A stretch of DNA of 63,577 bases, the filler included, from Octopus bimaculoides (Eukaryota): NCBI RefSeq assembly GCF_001194135.2. It is 9 parts of 7 records of this genome, joined end to end, with 100 filler letters (N's around TTAATTAATTAA, not from the genome) between each part and the next. Parts side by side here need not be neighbours in the genome. Positions count along the whole stretch, not along the records: positions 1 to 11,059 come from NC_068983.1; positions 11,160 to 18,733 come from NC_068985.1; 7 more parts are not named here. One strand, written 5' to 3'. Below, one piece after another: positions 1-12,310 of this stretch. Within the stretch, counting starts at the first letter, position 1. Each line of letters begins with the position of its first letter. The notes under the pieces were generated by a model that was not told the DNA's origin, searched no databases, and was given only the letters and a program-made list of their open reading frames with translations. Made by a program: the position numbers and the translations under genes.

Positions 1-399
1 CACCAGAGTCCTATTTCAAGTAGCTGTTTTAATTACTACCACCAGTGCCAGAGGCCCTGAATGTGGTCAACGTTATTACTCTTACTCGTTTGACTAAACC
101 ATATTAAATCTAGTAGGAATTTTAATTGACAGTGCCTTACTCGAGAATTCGTAGATCATGGAGTTAATGCCTTGTACGTATTCAATTGACTTCCAAAGAT
201 TATGATGAGTACGGAGACAAATAAATCGACGTCAGTATTTCTCAAACATATTTTGCTACTTAACCCTTATACTATTTTCTAAAAGTCGTGGAATCCACAC
301 CTATATTCTATGGACAACACAACCGCCGTAATTTTTACTAGACATTAAATGAAACAAAAACTGCTTTAAAAATAATGAAAAAACTCATATAACTTATCC

Positions 400-522
400 T
401 GAAAATATTGAGTATCACTTTTTATTTAAAAAATGTTAGTAAATTTTATTAAGAGATTGTGGAGCCCGAATATTTTTTCATAGTACTCTAAAGTTCCATG
501 GAACTGACTTTAGGAAACACTG
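400..522. mobile_element. Terminal fragment of a hAT/Charlie-like MITE
   Basis: Ends TTCCATGGAACTGACTTTAGGAAACACTG; the reverse complement CAGTGTTTCCTAAA resembles Charlie-type TIRs. Partner end not found. Confidence 0.4.
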
Positions 523-689
523 CTATAAATCTTTTGACGGATGCTCTAATGTTTCTGTTGCTCTAGCATTTGTAAAAGTCTCATATTTTAATAATTTACA
601 GCATCATTACAAGATCACACATTCTGAAAAATGCAGCCGATATAAATGAACGGTGATACAAATATGACTGAAGTTTTCAGTTCTTTAGG

Positions 690-1300
690 AATATGTTGGG
701 GTTCCCACATCTTCAGGATGAGGGTGCAAGGGTAAGCCTCCATGTTTGATTAGCTCAAATGGGATGTTATCTGGGTCTGGAGACTCCCTTAATCTCATTT
801 GCATCAGTGTTTGTTTGAATTCGTGAAAAGTAGCCTGAGGAGGATGATTTGGACTGTTTCTCAGGAAGTTCTAAGCTGTGTTCGATTTTCTATTTAGGAG
901 GGTGGAAAAATATTCCTTCCAGCGTAGTAGTATGTCATGTGGATCGGTCAGGATACTTTTATTGTCAGCTGCTGGAAGGGATCCAGTTGATGTTCGTACT
1001 GGTCCAAATAGTTGTTCCGTTCCAGCATAGAAACTTCTAAGGTCACGTGCATCTGCATATTTCTGAAGCTCGACTACTATTTTTTGCCACCAAATGTTCT
1101 GTAGTTTTTAGTTTTGTTTGAGATTCCTGTTTTAGCTTCTGGAAATGCTCCTTTTTGAGTCTGGACCATCGGTCTCGTTCGTGAGCCAGTTGAGCATTCT
1201 CCTTTTCTTTCAATCAGGTTTCTGATTTCAATGTTGTTTTTATCAAATCAGCCCTAATTTTTGGTCTTGGTTAAACTGATGATAGTGTTTGTTGTTTTTG
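690..1300 (-). mobile_element. Decayed RTE-clade LINE ORF2 fragment (EN-RT linker)
   Basis: Minus-strand translation ELQKYADARDLRSFYAGTEQLFGP...ILLRWKEYFSTLLN...*...SPDPDNIPFELIKHGG matches the RTE RW.E.F..LLN and SPGPDGIP.E..K.GG motifs; contains an in-frame stop. Confidence 0.75.
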
Positions 1301-1623
1301 CGACTATATATATATATATATNNNNNNNNNNNNNNNNNNNNNNNNNNNNNNNNNNNNNNNNNNNNNNNNNNNNNNNNNNNNNNNNNNNNNNNNNNNNNNN
1401 NNNNNNNNNNNNNNNNNNNNNNNNNNNNNNNNNNNNNNNNNNNNNNNNNNNNNNNNNNNNNNNNNNNNNNNNNNNNNNNNNNNNNNNNNNNNNNNNNNNN
1501 NNNNNNNNNNNNNNNNNNNNNNNNNNNNNNNNNNNNNNNNNNNNNNNNNNNNNNNNNNNNNNNNNNNNNNNNNNNNNNNNNNNNNNNNNNNNNNNNNNNN
1601 NNNNNNNNNNNNNNNNNNNNNNT

Positions 1624-1829
1624 TTGTGTGTCTGTGTTCGTCACCAACCATCGCTTGACAACCGATGCTGGTGTGTTTAGTCCCCATAACTTAGCGATTC
1701 AGCAAAAAAGAGCGATAGAATAAGTACTAGGCTTATAAAGAATAAGTTCTGGGTTCGATTTGTTCGACTAAAGGCGGTGCTCCAGCATGGCCACAGTCAA
1801 ATGAGAGAAATAAATAAAAGAATAAAAGA

Positions 1830-1832
<3 letters not shown>
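1624..1832 (+). mobile_element. 3' half of CORE-type tRNA SINE (family C)
   Basis: ACCATCGCTTGACAACCGATGCTGGTGTGTTT...CTAAAGGCGGTGCTCCAGCATGGCC...AAAAGAATAAAAGAAT; the same tail recurs near 17908 and 47940. The 5' half probably lies in the gap. Family assignment rests on recalled consensus. Confidence 0.65.
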
Positions 1833-1882
<50 letters not shown>

Positions 1883-3664
1883 AAAACGATCCTAGCGGGA
1901 TTTGAGCGCCAACTGTAAGGGTGCATAATTAACTAAAATCAGAAAAGCATTTCCCCAACCACTCCACGGATTATAGCAACCAGCTGCATCACGTACAACT
2001 GTTAATTATAATACAGATAATAACAAAAGATAGTCTAGTCACTCGCACATCATTTCTAAATGAAATTGTTGAAACAATTGAAAACATTTATAGAAAAACT
2101 AATTACATTCCTCACACATATACACTGACATGGACGTAGGAACATATTGTAATAGGATGTATACATGCATGCATACATACCTAACTACATACATACATAC
2201 ATACATACACACATACAGTCTCATTCATGCACAGTACCTACACAATCACGCAAGCGCACACATGTATAAGGAGACAGACAAACAACCGTATACATACACA
2301 CTTGTGAATAATGGAGTTGGGGGTTGTAGGGAAAAATGAATAAGTTAAGTAAGTACAAAAGAGTTGAAAAATGAAACTGAAAGAATGAATATTATTGTGA
2401 AGTGTTACATTAATTGCTAACCTCTGCTAAAGGTACAAGAAAAAGCAGTGAATGAAAAGCTTTACTACCAGCCGAACCAAGCTAACAATAGGCCAGTGAC
2501 ACAAGCGTAATTCAACAGAATACACTAAATTTACAGGACAGAAACATACACCTATACATACACACATATATACACATGCAAACATGCATATATTATATAT
2601 ATATACGTATATGTATATGGGTGTGTATGTATAATATACGTGTCTATACATACACACACATATATACGTGTATGTATGTATGTATATATATATATATATA
2701 TNNNNNNNNNNNNNNNNNNNNNNNNNNNNNNNNNNNNNNNNNNNNNNNNNNNNNNNNNNNNNNNNNNNNNNNNNNNNNNNNNNNNNNNNNNNNNNNNNNN
2801 NNNNNNNNNNNNNNNNNNNNNNNNNNNNNNNNNNNNNNNNNNNNNNNNNNNNNNNNNNNNNNNNNNNNNNNNNNNNNNNNNNNNNNNNNNNNNNNNNNNN
2901 NNNNNNNNNNNNNNNNNNNNNNNNNNNNNNNNNNNNNNNNNNNNNNNNNNNNNNNNNNNNNNNNNNNNNNNNNNNNNNNNNNNNNNNNNNNNNNNNNNNN
3001 NNNNNNNNNNNNNNNNNNNNNNNNNNNNNNNNNNNNNNNNNNNNNNNNNNNNNNNNNNNNNNNNNNNNNNNNNNNNNNNNNNNNNNNNNNNNNNNNNNNN
3101 NNNNNNNNNNNNNNNNNNNNNNNNNNNNNNNNNNNNNNNNNNNNNNNNNNNNNNNNNNNNNNNNNNNNNNNNNNNNNNNNNNNNNNNNNNNNNNNNNNNN
3201 NNNNNNNNNNNNNNNNNNNNNNNNNNNNNNNNNNNNNNNNNNNNNNNNNNNNNNNNNNNNNNNNNNNNNNNNNNNNNNNNNNNNNNNNNNNNNNNNNNNN
3301 NNNNNNNNNNNNNNNNNNNNNNNNNNNNNNNNNNNNNNNNNNNNNNNNNNNNNNNNNNNNNNNNNNNNNNNNNNNNNNNNNNNNNNNNNNNNNNNNNNNN
3401 NNNNNNNNNNNNNNNNNNNNNNNNNNNNNNNNNNNNNNNNNNNNNNNNNNNNNNNNNNNNNNNNNNNNNNNNNNNNNNNNNNNNNNNNNNNNNNNNNNNN
3501 NNNNNNNNNNNNNNNNNNNNNNNNNNNNNNNNNNNNNNNNNNNNNNNNNNNNNNNNNNNNNNNNNNNNNNNNNNNNNNNNNNNNNNNNNNNNNNNNNNNN
3601 NNNNNNNNNNNNNNNNNNNNNNNNNNNNNNNNNNNNNNNNNNNNNNNNNNNNNNNNNNNNNNNN

Positions 3665-3860
3665 CGTGGTCGTCGTCGTCGTGGTGGTGGCCTTGGTAGG
3701 GTGGTGGCCTTGGTAGGGTGGTGGTGGTGGTGGTGGTGGTGATGACGTTGCAATGGTGGTGGCTTTCGTAGGGGTGGCTGTGGTGATACTGGTGGTGGCT
3801 GCGGTGGTGCTGGTGGTGCTGGTGGTGACCGTGAGGATGGTGACCCTGGTGGTGGTGAAA
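3665..3860. repeat. Degenerate (GGT)n/(CGT)n trinucleotide region
   Basis: Direct reading; source of spurious His/Thr-rich ORFs. Confidence 0.9.
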
Positions 3861-4364
3861 ATCACGCCTTAACGACGCCGTAAGGAACAACTACTCTGAC
3901 AAACAGACAGGGTCGCCTCTCCGTGGGCGCTCGAACTACTAGAAATAGCAACTCGTTAAAATTTCCCTCAAATTGCACCAAACTGTTTGTAAGACGAGAA
4001 ATGACGGATTAGATGATGTAGCTCGTAGAAGACAAACTCATTTATGGAATGGCCATGTTTGGAAAAATCACTGATCGTTTGTCTGCTGACAGCAACAGAA
4101 TCGTTGACGATCGAAACCAGAAGAACTTAAACAGCTCAAACAGAAGAAAAAACACTCGACGCGCGCTTCTTCATATATTTCTTTGATCTGCTAGAAATAG
4201 CAACCAAACCTTTTTTATATTATCGCCCTAAGTATAGAATATATAATCTAATACAATATACTTTTTGACAGACAAACATAAGGGATGAACATATCAGAAA
4301 CACTTTTCATATTTGATCAGGGCAAACCAAAGTTTCAACCATAACATCATTGCAAGCAACAAAC

Positions 4365-5255
4365 CTTTCTACTGGAAGCACGAGGAGAATAGTCGATTAC
4401 ATCGAGCCCAATACTCAACTGGTACTTAATTTTTCAACCCCGAAAGGAAGAAAAGCAAAGTCGACCTCGGAATTTGAACCCAGAACGTAGCGACGGGCAA
4501 AATACCGCTAGGCATTTCACCCGGAGTGCCAACGATTCTACCAACTCTCCGCCGTCATTGTAAACAACAATAACGACAGTATTAATAGTCTCTAACAGCC
4601 AGAACAACTACCGCAAAGCATTTTCCTTGACTCGCTAACAATCCTGTCAATTCACAACTTTAATAATGATAATAATAATTGTTTCTACTATAGGCACAAG
4701 GCCTGAAATTTGCAGGGAGAGGTTAGTCAAGTACATCGACTCCGGTGTTCAAATGATACTCATTTTATCAACCCCAGAAGGATGAAAGCCAAAGACTACC
4801 TCAGCGGAATTTGAACCCAGAACGACGAAATGACGCTAAACATTTTGCCGGGCGTGCTAACGATTCTGCCAGCTCACCGCCTTAACAATCCTTACTACTA
4901 TAGACACAATGCCTGAAATTTTGCGAGAGGATGTTAGTCGATTACATTGACCCCAGTATTCAAATGGTACCTAATTTTATCTACCTGGAAAAGATCAAAG
5001 ATAAAGTAGACCTCAGTGGAATTAACAACAGCAACGGTAATAATGGTTTCAAATTTTGGCACAAGGCCAGTAAGTTCGGGGAAGGGGTGAGTCGATTAAA
5101 TCGATCCCAGTGGTCAACTACTACTTAATTTATCGACCTCAAAAGGATGAAAAGCAAAGTCGACCTCGGCGGAATTTGAACTCAGAGCGTCAAGACGGAC
5201 GAAATGCCGCTAAGCATTTTGCCCGATGTGCTAACGATTCTGTCAGTGCGCCGCC

Positions 5256-5310
<55 letters not shown>

Positions 5311-5431
5311 GTTTCAAATTTTGCCACAACAGCAGCAATGTTGGGGGAGGGGCGAGTCGATTACATCGACCCCAATATTCAACTGGTACTTATTTTATAA
5401 GCCCCGAAAAGATGAAAGGCAAAGTCGACCC
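4365..5431 (-). mobile_element. Head-to-tail stack of five family-A tRNA SINE copies (approx. 4365-4553, 4681-4884, 4893-5030, 5046-5257, 5310-5431)
   Basis: Each repeats GAAAGGATGAAAGGCAAAGTCGACCTCGGCGGAATTTGAAC (B-box GTTCAAATTCC on the minus strand) with variation; AAT tracts lie between several copies. Confidence 0.85.
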
Positions 5432-5559
5432 CGTTCTTTTGTGGGGGGGGGCTAATAATAATAAATAACTCAGTACAGATGCAGATTGACCACAGCTGTT
5501 ATCCTAGGACAGCTTCAAGATATAAGAGGGTAAGGAGAAGGAAGTCGACCAGTGAAGAA

Positions 5560-6260
5560 AATAGGATAAAGATGCAGAGCTACTTAGAAAGTGAGCCTAA
5601 AAGAAGCGGTTATAGAAAACAGATGTTAAGATTTTGAGTAGCGAAGGGTTTGTTTAAAGTGGCGAAGGAGAAACTAGTAGACCAAGCTAATGCCATTAGG
5701 AGAAAAAAGTGGATGACAGAATTGGAAGTGGAATGGATGACAAGAGAATTGAAAAAAAAAAAAAAGACTAAGCAATAAGAAAGCCAATCAAGAGTTAACA
5801 CCGAAGAAGAAACTAAAGAAAAATATAATAATAGCATAGCCGATTGAGGACTAATTGGATAAAAGCCGAGATAGACAAAAACCAGGTAGATGCCCAATGT
5901 AGGTTCTTTCTGCTGGCACAGAAAGAATGCAAGACATAACAATCTATGGAGAATAATCAACTGGGAGTTATGGAGAAAGTTAGGATTTAACCATACTGTA
6001 GCCCGATGTTAAGAACTTTTCTTTTCCAACAGTTTAATCTGTTGTGCGTCGGACAAATACATAACTCAAACACAAGGACTTATGAATGTATATAGCATAC
6101 AGAAAATAATGCTGTGAGGGACCGCGCACATCCTACCTAAGCACTTTCAGTAGTGTGAAAATAAGAGCACCACAACAAACCACAGAACACACCCATGGCA
6201 CACAGAGCTGCGCTCGCTGGTGCAGAGATATCACGATAGAAATAAGACTATTGAATAATA
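5560..6260 (+). mobile_element. Internally deleted R4/Dong-like non-LTR retrotransposon
   Basis: 5' part reads SEPKRSGYRKQMLRF*VAKGLFKVAKEKLVDQANAIRRKKWMTELEV, homologous to the 20309-20701 N-terminus. 3' part reads DKYIT...IQKIML*GTAHIL, the RLE C-terminus. Ends in an AAT tract. Confidence 0.65.
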
Positions 6261-6270
6261 AGAATAATAA

Positions 6271-7343
6271 TTCGTTCGTTTTATTGGCCACAAGGGCTAA
6301 TATCAATTAAAAAACATATGAGGACAAAGACAGGACAAAGGTTACAAAAGGTTTTGTCCGAAAAGGTAGGAAAGTTCGTCTAAACAATGGAAGAAAACGG
6401 AGAAAGATATAATAAATAAATAGATAAATAAATAGATAAATAAATAAGTAGAACTCCCAAAGGGGGAGGCGCTTCGAAAAAGGAAAGGTTACACGTGGAA
6501 AAACCCATAAAACCACGGGAGCCTGGTCAGAAAAAATAAGAAAGGGGTATAGAGCCCTTTCTCCTTTTACATTACCTTTTTTTCTAATTTTTTTTTTCTT
6601 TACAAGTGTATTCTCAGAATTNNNNNNNNNNNNNNNNNNNNNNNNNNNNNNNNNNNNNNNNNNNNNNNNNNNNNNNNNNNNNNNNNNNNNNNNNNNNNNN
6701 NNNNNNNNNNNNNNNNNNNNNNNNNNNNNNNNNNNNNNNNNNNNNNNNNNNNNNNNNNNNNNNNNNNNNNNNNNNNNNNNNNNNNNNNNNNNNNNNNNNN
6801 NNNNNNNNNNNNNNNNNNNNNNNNNNNNNNNNNNNNNNNNNNNNNNNNNNNNNNNNNNNNNNNNNNNNNNNNNNNNNNNNNNNNNNNNNNNNNNAGCCGG
6901 ATCCGTCCTACACGTGACAGTAGCTGTTCGATATAGACTCACAGGTCAGCAATGCTCGGGCACTGGACGAGTGCATGCAGAACGGTTTCGTCGTCCTGAG
7001 CGCACCTCGGGCAGGCCCGGTTGACGGCACTTCCATGTTGGTAGAGTTTATCTCGAACAGGTAGCGCACCTCGGTAGCACTGCCAGGCGAGGGACCTTTG
7101 GAAATTATCCATGGGCCCCGGCCCGAAAGTTCTGAACAGACTGCTTAGCTGATTATCCTCGGCGCCTAGAGTTTCCCCGAGAACTTCGTCGCACTTTCTC
7201 GCACTAACCCTCTATAGAACGCTAGAGTGGAGCTACTACCGATCGCACTGCCCGCGTGACTGAGGGCGGTGAGAGCTTGGCGGCACTCGAGGTGCCAAGC
7301 GCCCTTTCTCGGTCTACGTTTGATCCAGGATTGCAGCTCTGTT
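6271..7343 (-). mobile_element. 5'-truncated Tx1/L1-like LINE (ORF2 C-terminus + 3' UTR), gap inside
   Basis: Minus translation ELQSWIKRRP...SLAWQCYRGALPVRDKL...ACPRCAQDDETVLHALVQC (C-terminal CCHC); homologous to 37790-38240; 3' end TTAGCCCTTGTGGCCAATAAAA. Confidence 0.85.
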
Positions 7344-7356
7344 AAAGAAACGAGCT

Positions 7357-7467
7357 GAAGAAGAAGAAGAAGAAGAAGAAGAAGAAGAAGAAGAAGAAGA
7401 AGAAGAAGAAGAAGAAGAAGAAGAAGAAGAAGAAGAAGAAGAAGAAGAAGAAGAAGAAGAAGAAGAA
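7357..7467. repeat. (GAA)n microsatellite, about 37 units
   Basis: Direct reading. Confidence 0.97.
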
Positions 7468-7469
7468 AC

Positions 7470-8398
7470 CTTTGAATGGCAAATACTCAAAGAGAGCGAA
7501 TAATGCCGATGTTGAAAAGCCCTTACCCATCAATGGCTAATGGCTTCTGGCTTAAGATCAGAAGGGATTTTCATAGCAGCCCAAGATCAATGCCTACCTA
7601 CGAGAAACTACTAGGCGAACATATTAAAGAACGGCAGCTCCCCAGTATGTCGTGTATGTCAACAACACAATGAGACCATTAATCATGTGGTCTCCATGTG
7701 CAGTTTTCTTGCGCCTACAGAGTATCTTAACAGGCATGATAGAGCTGCACAATATATTCACTGGGTAATTTGCAAAAACCTGAACTTACCCCATGATAAA
7801 GACTAGTGGGAACACAAACCACCGCCAGTGCTTGAAAATGATCACATCTCACTCCTCTGGAACTTCACCATTCAAAATGACAGAAAGATAGATGCAAATA
7901 GGCCAGACATCATATTGAAAGACTTCAGACAAAATCATACCTTCTCATTGATATGACTGTTCCGATCGATATAAACGTATCTGTCAAGACCTACCAAAAA
8001 CTGAGCGAGTATAAAGATCTTGAAATAGAAATTAGTAAAATGTGGAACCTGAAGACTAAAACAATACCTGTTTTCATAGGTGCCCTAGGAATGATAGCAA
8101 AAGGGGTTGATTCCTACCTAGCTCAAATATCAGGAAACCCCAAAATGGCAGAAATCCAAAAGATAGTGCTCATGGGAACTGCTCATATCCTACGTAAAAT
8201 ACTGTCTCCGTGATCTCAAATTTTAAAACAAACACATAATTTTCTTATGGTTTCTTAAACATTCTCTAGAACAACACTATGTACAAATCCAAATATATGG
8301 TACCCTAGGCATAACATCTACATGAACTTCTAAATTGTTGTCTCTTGAGGTCTCTGGGTGAGACTTAGATCCAACTTGTACAAATGCAAAACAAAAAT
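7470..8398 (+). mobile_element. R4/Dong-like retrotransposon 3' part: CCHC + restriction-like endonuclease + 3' UTR
   Basis: Frameshifted CRVCQQHNETINHVVSMC...YLNRHDRAAQYIHW...ANRPDIILKD...LIDMTVPIDINVSVKTYQKLSEYKDLEIEISKMWNLKTKTIPVFIGALG...GTAHILRKILS; PD..D / K..KY..L RLE motif. Confidence 0.9.
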
Positions 8399-9373
8399 CN
8401 NNNNNNNNNNNNNNNNNNNNNNNNNNNNNNNNNNNNNNNNNNNNNNNNNNNNNNNNNNNNNNNNNNNNNNNNNNNNNNNNNNNNNNNNNNNNNNNNNNNN
8501 NNNNNNNNNNNNNNNNNNNNNNNNNNNNNNNNNNNNNNNNNNNNNNNNNNNNNNNNNNNNNNNNNNNNNNNNNNNNNNNNNNNNNNNNNNNNNNNNNNNN
8601 NNNNNNNNNNNNNNNNNNNNNNNNNNNNNNNNNNNNNNNNNNNNNNNNNNNNNNNNNNNNNNNNNNNNNNNNNNNNNNNNNNNNNNNNNNNNNNNNNNNN
8701 NNNNNNNNNNNNNNNNNNNNNNNNNNNNNNNNNNNNNNNNNNNNNNNNNNNNNNNNNNNNNNNNNNNNNNNNNNNNNNNNNNNNNNNNNNNNNNNNNNNN
8801 NNNNNNNNNNNNNNNNNNNNNNNNNNNNNNNNNNNNNNNNNNNNNNNNNNNNNNNNNNNNNNNNNNNNNNNNNNNNNNNNNNNNNNNNNNNNNNNNNNNN
8901 NNNNNNNNNNNNNNNNNNNNNNNNNNNNNNNNNNNNNNNNNNNNNNNNNNNNNNNNNNNNNNNNNNNNNNNNNNNNNNNNNNNNNNNNNNNNNNNNNNNN
9001 NNNNNNNNNNNNNNNNNNNNNNNNNNNNNNNNNNNNNNNNNNNNNNNNNNNNNNNNNNNNNNNNNNNNNNNNNNNNNNNNNNNNNNNNNNNNNNNNNNNN
9101 NNNNNNNNNNNNNNNNNNNNNNNNNNNNNNNNNNNNNNNNNNNNNNNNNNNNNNNNNNNNNNNNNNNNNNNNNNNNNNNNNNNNNNNNNNNNNNNNNNNN
9201 NNNNNNNNNNNNNNNNNNNNNNNNNNNNNNNNNNNNNNNNNNNNNNNNNNNNNNNNNNNNNNNNNNNNNNNNNNNNNNNNNNNNNNNNNNNNNNNNNNNN
9301 NNNNNNNNNNNNNNNNNNNNNNNNNNNNNNNNNNNNNNNNNNNNNNNNNNNNNNNNNNNNNNNNNNNNNNNNN

Positions 9374-9413
9374 CATAAAATAATAATAATAATGATAATA
9401 ATAATAATGGTGG

Positions 9414-9469
<56 letters not shown>

Positions 9470-9499
9470 ATGATTATGACGACGACGACGACGACGACG

Positions 9500-9531
<32 letters not shown>

Positions 9532-9540
9532 AATAATAAC
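9374..9540. repeat. Compound trinucleotide ladder AAT>GAT>GAC>AAC>AAT
   Basis: Direct reading; successive blocks differ by one base. Confidence 0.95.
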
Positions 9541-10384
9541 CAAGACAGAACTGAAGCGATCAATACTTTAGCCATTCTAGTCGTGACAGAAAAATACGAA
9601 AATTGTTGACAATACATAGAATCACCACCCTCAGGCAGATATAGAAAGACTTTACCTGCCAAGAAAAAGGGTGGCCGTGGACTTTTACAACTGGAATTAA
9701 CAATGAAGATTGCCACAATTGGCCTAAAAACCTACCTGAAAAACTCTGATGACTAGATGTGAAGACTTGTCTTAAAGCATGAAAACGAGAAAGCATCATA
9801 CTCAGTAACAAAACAAAGAAATATCTAAATGGATTCCAAATACAACAAATCCCAGAATTAGAAAAGAATTCGATAGCTGAAAAGAACGAATAGCATGGTA
9901 TTGTAGGCTGCAGGTAGTAAACCCGATACGCATACACGACTCCAGGAACTCCAACAAAACCTGTGATAAAGAGTAAATAATATGCCAACAGTATGGAATA
10001 ACAACAGAAAGAAGATGGTATAAGCACACGCTAGAAAAGATCACAGAAAAGAGAAAACAACCATACTTTGGGATATGCCAATGCACACAGATAGAGAAAT
10101 TAAGGCCAATAGGCCGGATATAGTTGTCAGAGATTACCAACAAGATATGCTTTCTAATCGATGTATCAATACCAACAGATGACAACGTTTCTCTAAAAGA
10201 AGCGGCGAAATTTTCAAAATACAGAGGACTGGAAATGTAGCATACGCGGAGTCTAAACACAGGAACAATTCCTATAATAGTAGGCGCATTGGTACGATAA
10301 AAAATATTCAGACAAATACATAACAAAAACGCCAGGACTAACAAGTATATGTAACATACAGAAAATAGCACTACTAGGCACTAG
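9541..10384 (+). mobile_element. R4/Dong-like fragment (post-RT region and RLE), decayed
   Basis: HHPQADIE(R)LYLPRKKGGRGLLQLE (GGRGL motif), then IKANRPDIVVRD...LIDVSIPTDDNVSLK...KFSKY...IIVGAL...IQKIALLGT. Confidence 0.85.
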
Positions 10385-10606
10385 AGTGTATGAACCTATT
10401 TGGGATTGCATCGAATGTTGAGCGATTGCTTGGAAAAAAGTATGAAGAATTGGAGGACGGACCTGACAGCATACGGAAGAAGTTTAGGGACAGTAGAAAT
10501 CAGGAGGGGCATCTTCCAAGGGGAGTGGTTGTCCCCACTGATCATTGTACTGTGCTTGATACCACTGACACTGATTCTGAGGAAAGCAAAAGCTGGGTAT
10601 GTATTC
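10385..10606 (+). mobile_element. R4/Dong-like RT core fragment from a separate copy
   Basis: SMKNWRTDLTAYGRSLGTVEIRRGIFQGEWLSPLIIVLCLIPLTLILRKAKAGYVF (RT motif GIFQGD.LSPL); followed by (AAT)n(AGT)n. Confidence 0.85.
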
Positions 10607-10698
<92 letters not shown>

Positions 10699-11103
10699 CC
10701 CACATTCTTCGTAAGATATCAATTCAATAGAGCAAACCAAATAAAACAATCCACAAACACACTCTATTCAGTATGTGTTCAACAGGTCGAATACCCATCA
10801 TAACATAACTCATATTACATACACCACACAATACAAACACTAAGAAAACAAAAGCTCAGGACAAACCACATTTCAAAACAAACTCATGCAATATAATACC
10901 GGAAAGTGCGCGTGTACTCCCACAAAAACAAAAATAGAAAAAAGAAATGACAAAAAAAAAAGAAACAAGAACACTCAAGAACACACCTCCGCAACACGGA
11001 CGTGTAGCTGCTGACGTAGTAGAAATTGACTTGAAAGTATCAAATGTCGAATAATAATANNNNNNNNNNNNNNNNNNNNNNNNNNNNNNNNNNNNNNNNN
11101 NNN

Positions 11104-11115
11104 TTAATTAATTAA
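11104..11115. other. Artificial gap linker TTAATTAATTAA between N runs (also 18778, 21277, 26297, 42173, 52030, 60258, 62283)
   Basis: Identical 12-mer always flanked by N on both sides; stops in all six frames; assembly artefact. Confidence 0.95.
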
Positions 11116-11159
11116 NNNNNNNNNNNNNNNNNNNNNNNNNNNNNNNNNNNNNNNNNNNN

Positions 11160-11211
<52 letters not shown>

Positions 11212-12310
11212 CATGTATAACCCGCTCACAGTAACCATAAACAATATACATATTTTGCAATTTTCTGTCATTCTTCTGCTCGTGTTTCTTAATACATCAG
11301 TGTGGCGCATTAATTCAAATTCGTTATGTCACTAGCCCTTCATACCAACATAAAAAGAAAACATTGGTTTTAGGATCTGTTATAGATTCATATCGTAGTA
11401 TTGCGTACTGCTTCGATTTCAGATGCCACAAGCGATTATGATCCACGTTCTACTGATACTGAAACCTTTCGCCATTTCTTTATATCTATAGACAAATATA
11501 GTCATCAAATGTATTTATCATGTTGATAATGTAGAGGAAATTGCTGACCTAACGTGGTTCTAACAAACTAACTTTTGTAAATGCATAAGTCTAAATCTCC
11601 AGATTAATTTTTTTTTTAACGTTTTTGTTCCGTTGATATTTCTGTATGAAACATTAATCAAAACAACCAAAGTACAGGTGTTTATTGTTTTGCCTTCTTT
11701 CCAGACAAATAAGTACACACAACGATTTTCATAATTATCTTTAGATAGTTTACTGGGAATAAATTCTGTTTACCATTGTGCTACAGAGCTTTACATGTCA
11801 ACAAGTAATATCAAACAATTGTAAAGTATTGTTCGACATGACACAGATCCTATGATACCAAATTCAACTATTTAATTAATCATTAAAAGCGATAAATTGA
11901 TTAATAATGATATTTACTTTGCAAATAAAGACGTGGAGTGTTATATTACATATATGATACTAGAAACTTAGAAGAAAGCATACCCCAAGCCATCTAAGGT
12001 TATATGTCAATGGAAGTAATGTACTTTATTGTGGTGACGTTCAGCCTTGGCACAACACCAGTGAGGTGTTCTGTGATGAATGGCGGGTTTTGTAGACATC
12101 GTAAACCAACATTCCCTGTGTCACAGTATAATGGTCTGAAAATCATTAAGATACGCCGAATAACATCATAGCTGTGCTCACTGTATTATGTTTTGCGAGA
12201 ACTTGAGTTTCATTCCATTTTTTAGTTCTTACACAAGTAATTGTGGAAGGTTGCGAAAAATTATCCAGTGTCTGAAGATTAAAATTCTTCCTTCTGCTAT
12301 ATAACTTTTA

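Noticed and set aside
1243-3890. Long ORFs spanning N runs (also near 8.3-9.5, 14.9-16, 27.1-27.8, 31.9-32.5, 33.2-33.9, 49.2-49.9, 54.7-56, 59.2-60.1 kb)
   Set aside because: Length comes from X codons in gaps; the flanks are microsatellite translations.
4365-5431. CRISPR-like repeat/spacer array
   Set aside because: Units are ~200-bp diverged SINEs in a eukaryotic context, with no constant-length unique spacers and no cas genes.
7343-7470. Tx1 element targeting (TTC)n like Koshi families
   Set aside because: Orientation relative to GAA/CTT arrays is inconsistent between 7.35 kb and 48.1 kb, and the intact 3' ends lie in ATT tracts.
11104-11115. Recurrent palindromic TTAATTAATTAA motif
   Set aside because: Always isolated within Ns; assembly linker, not biology.
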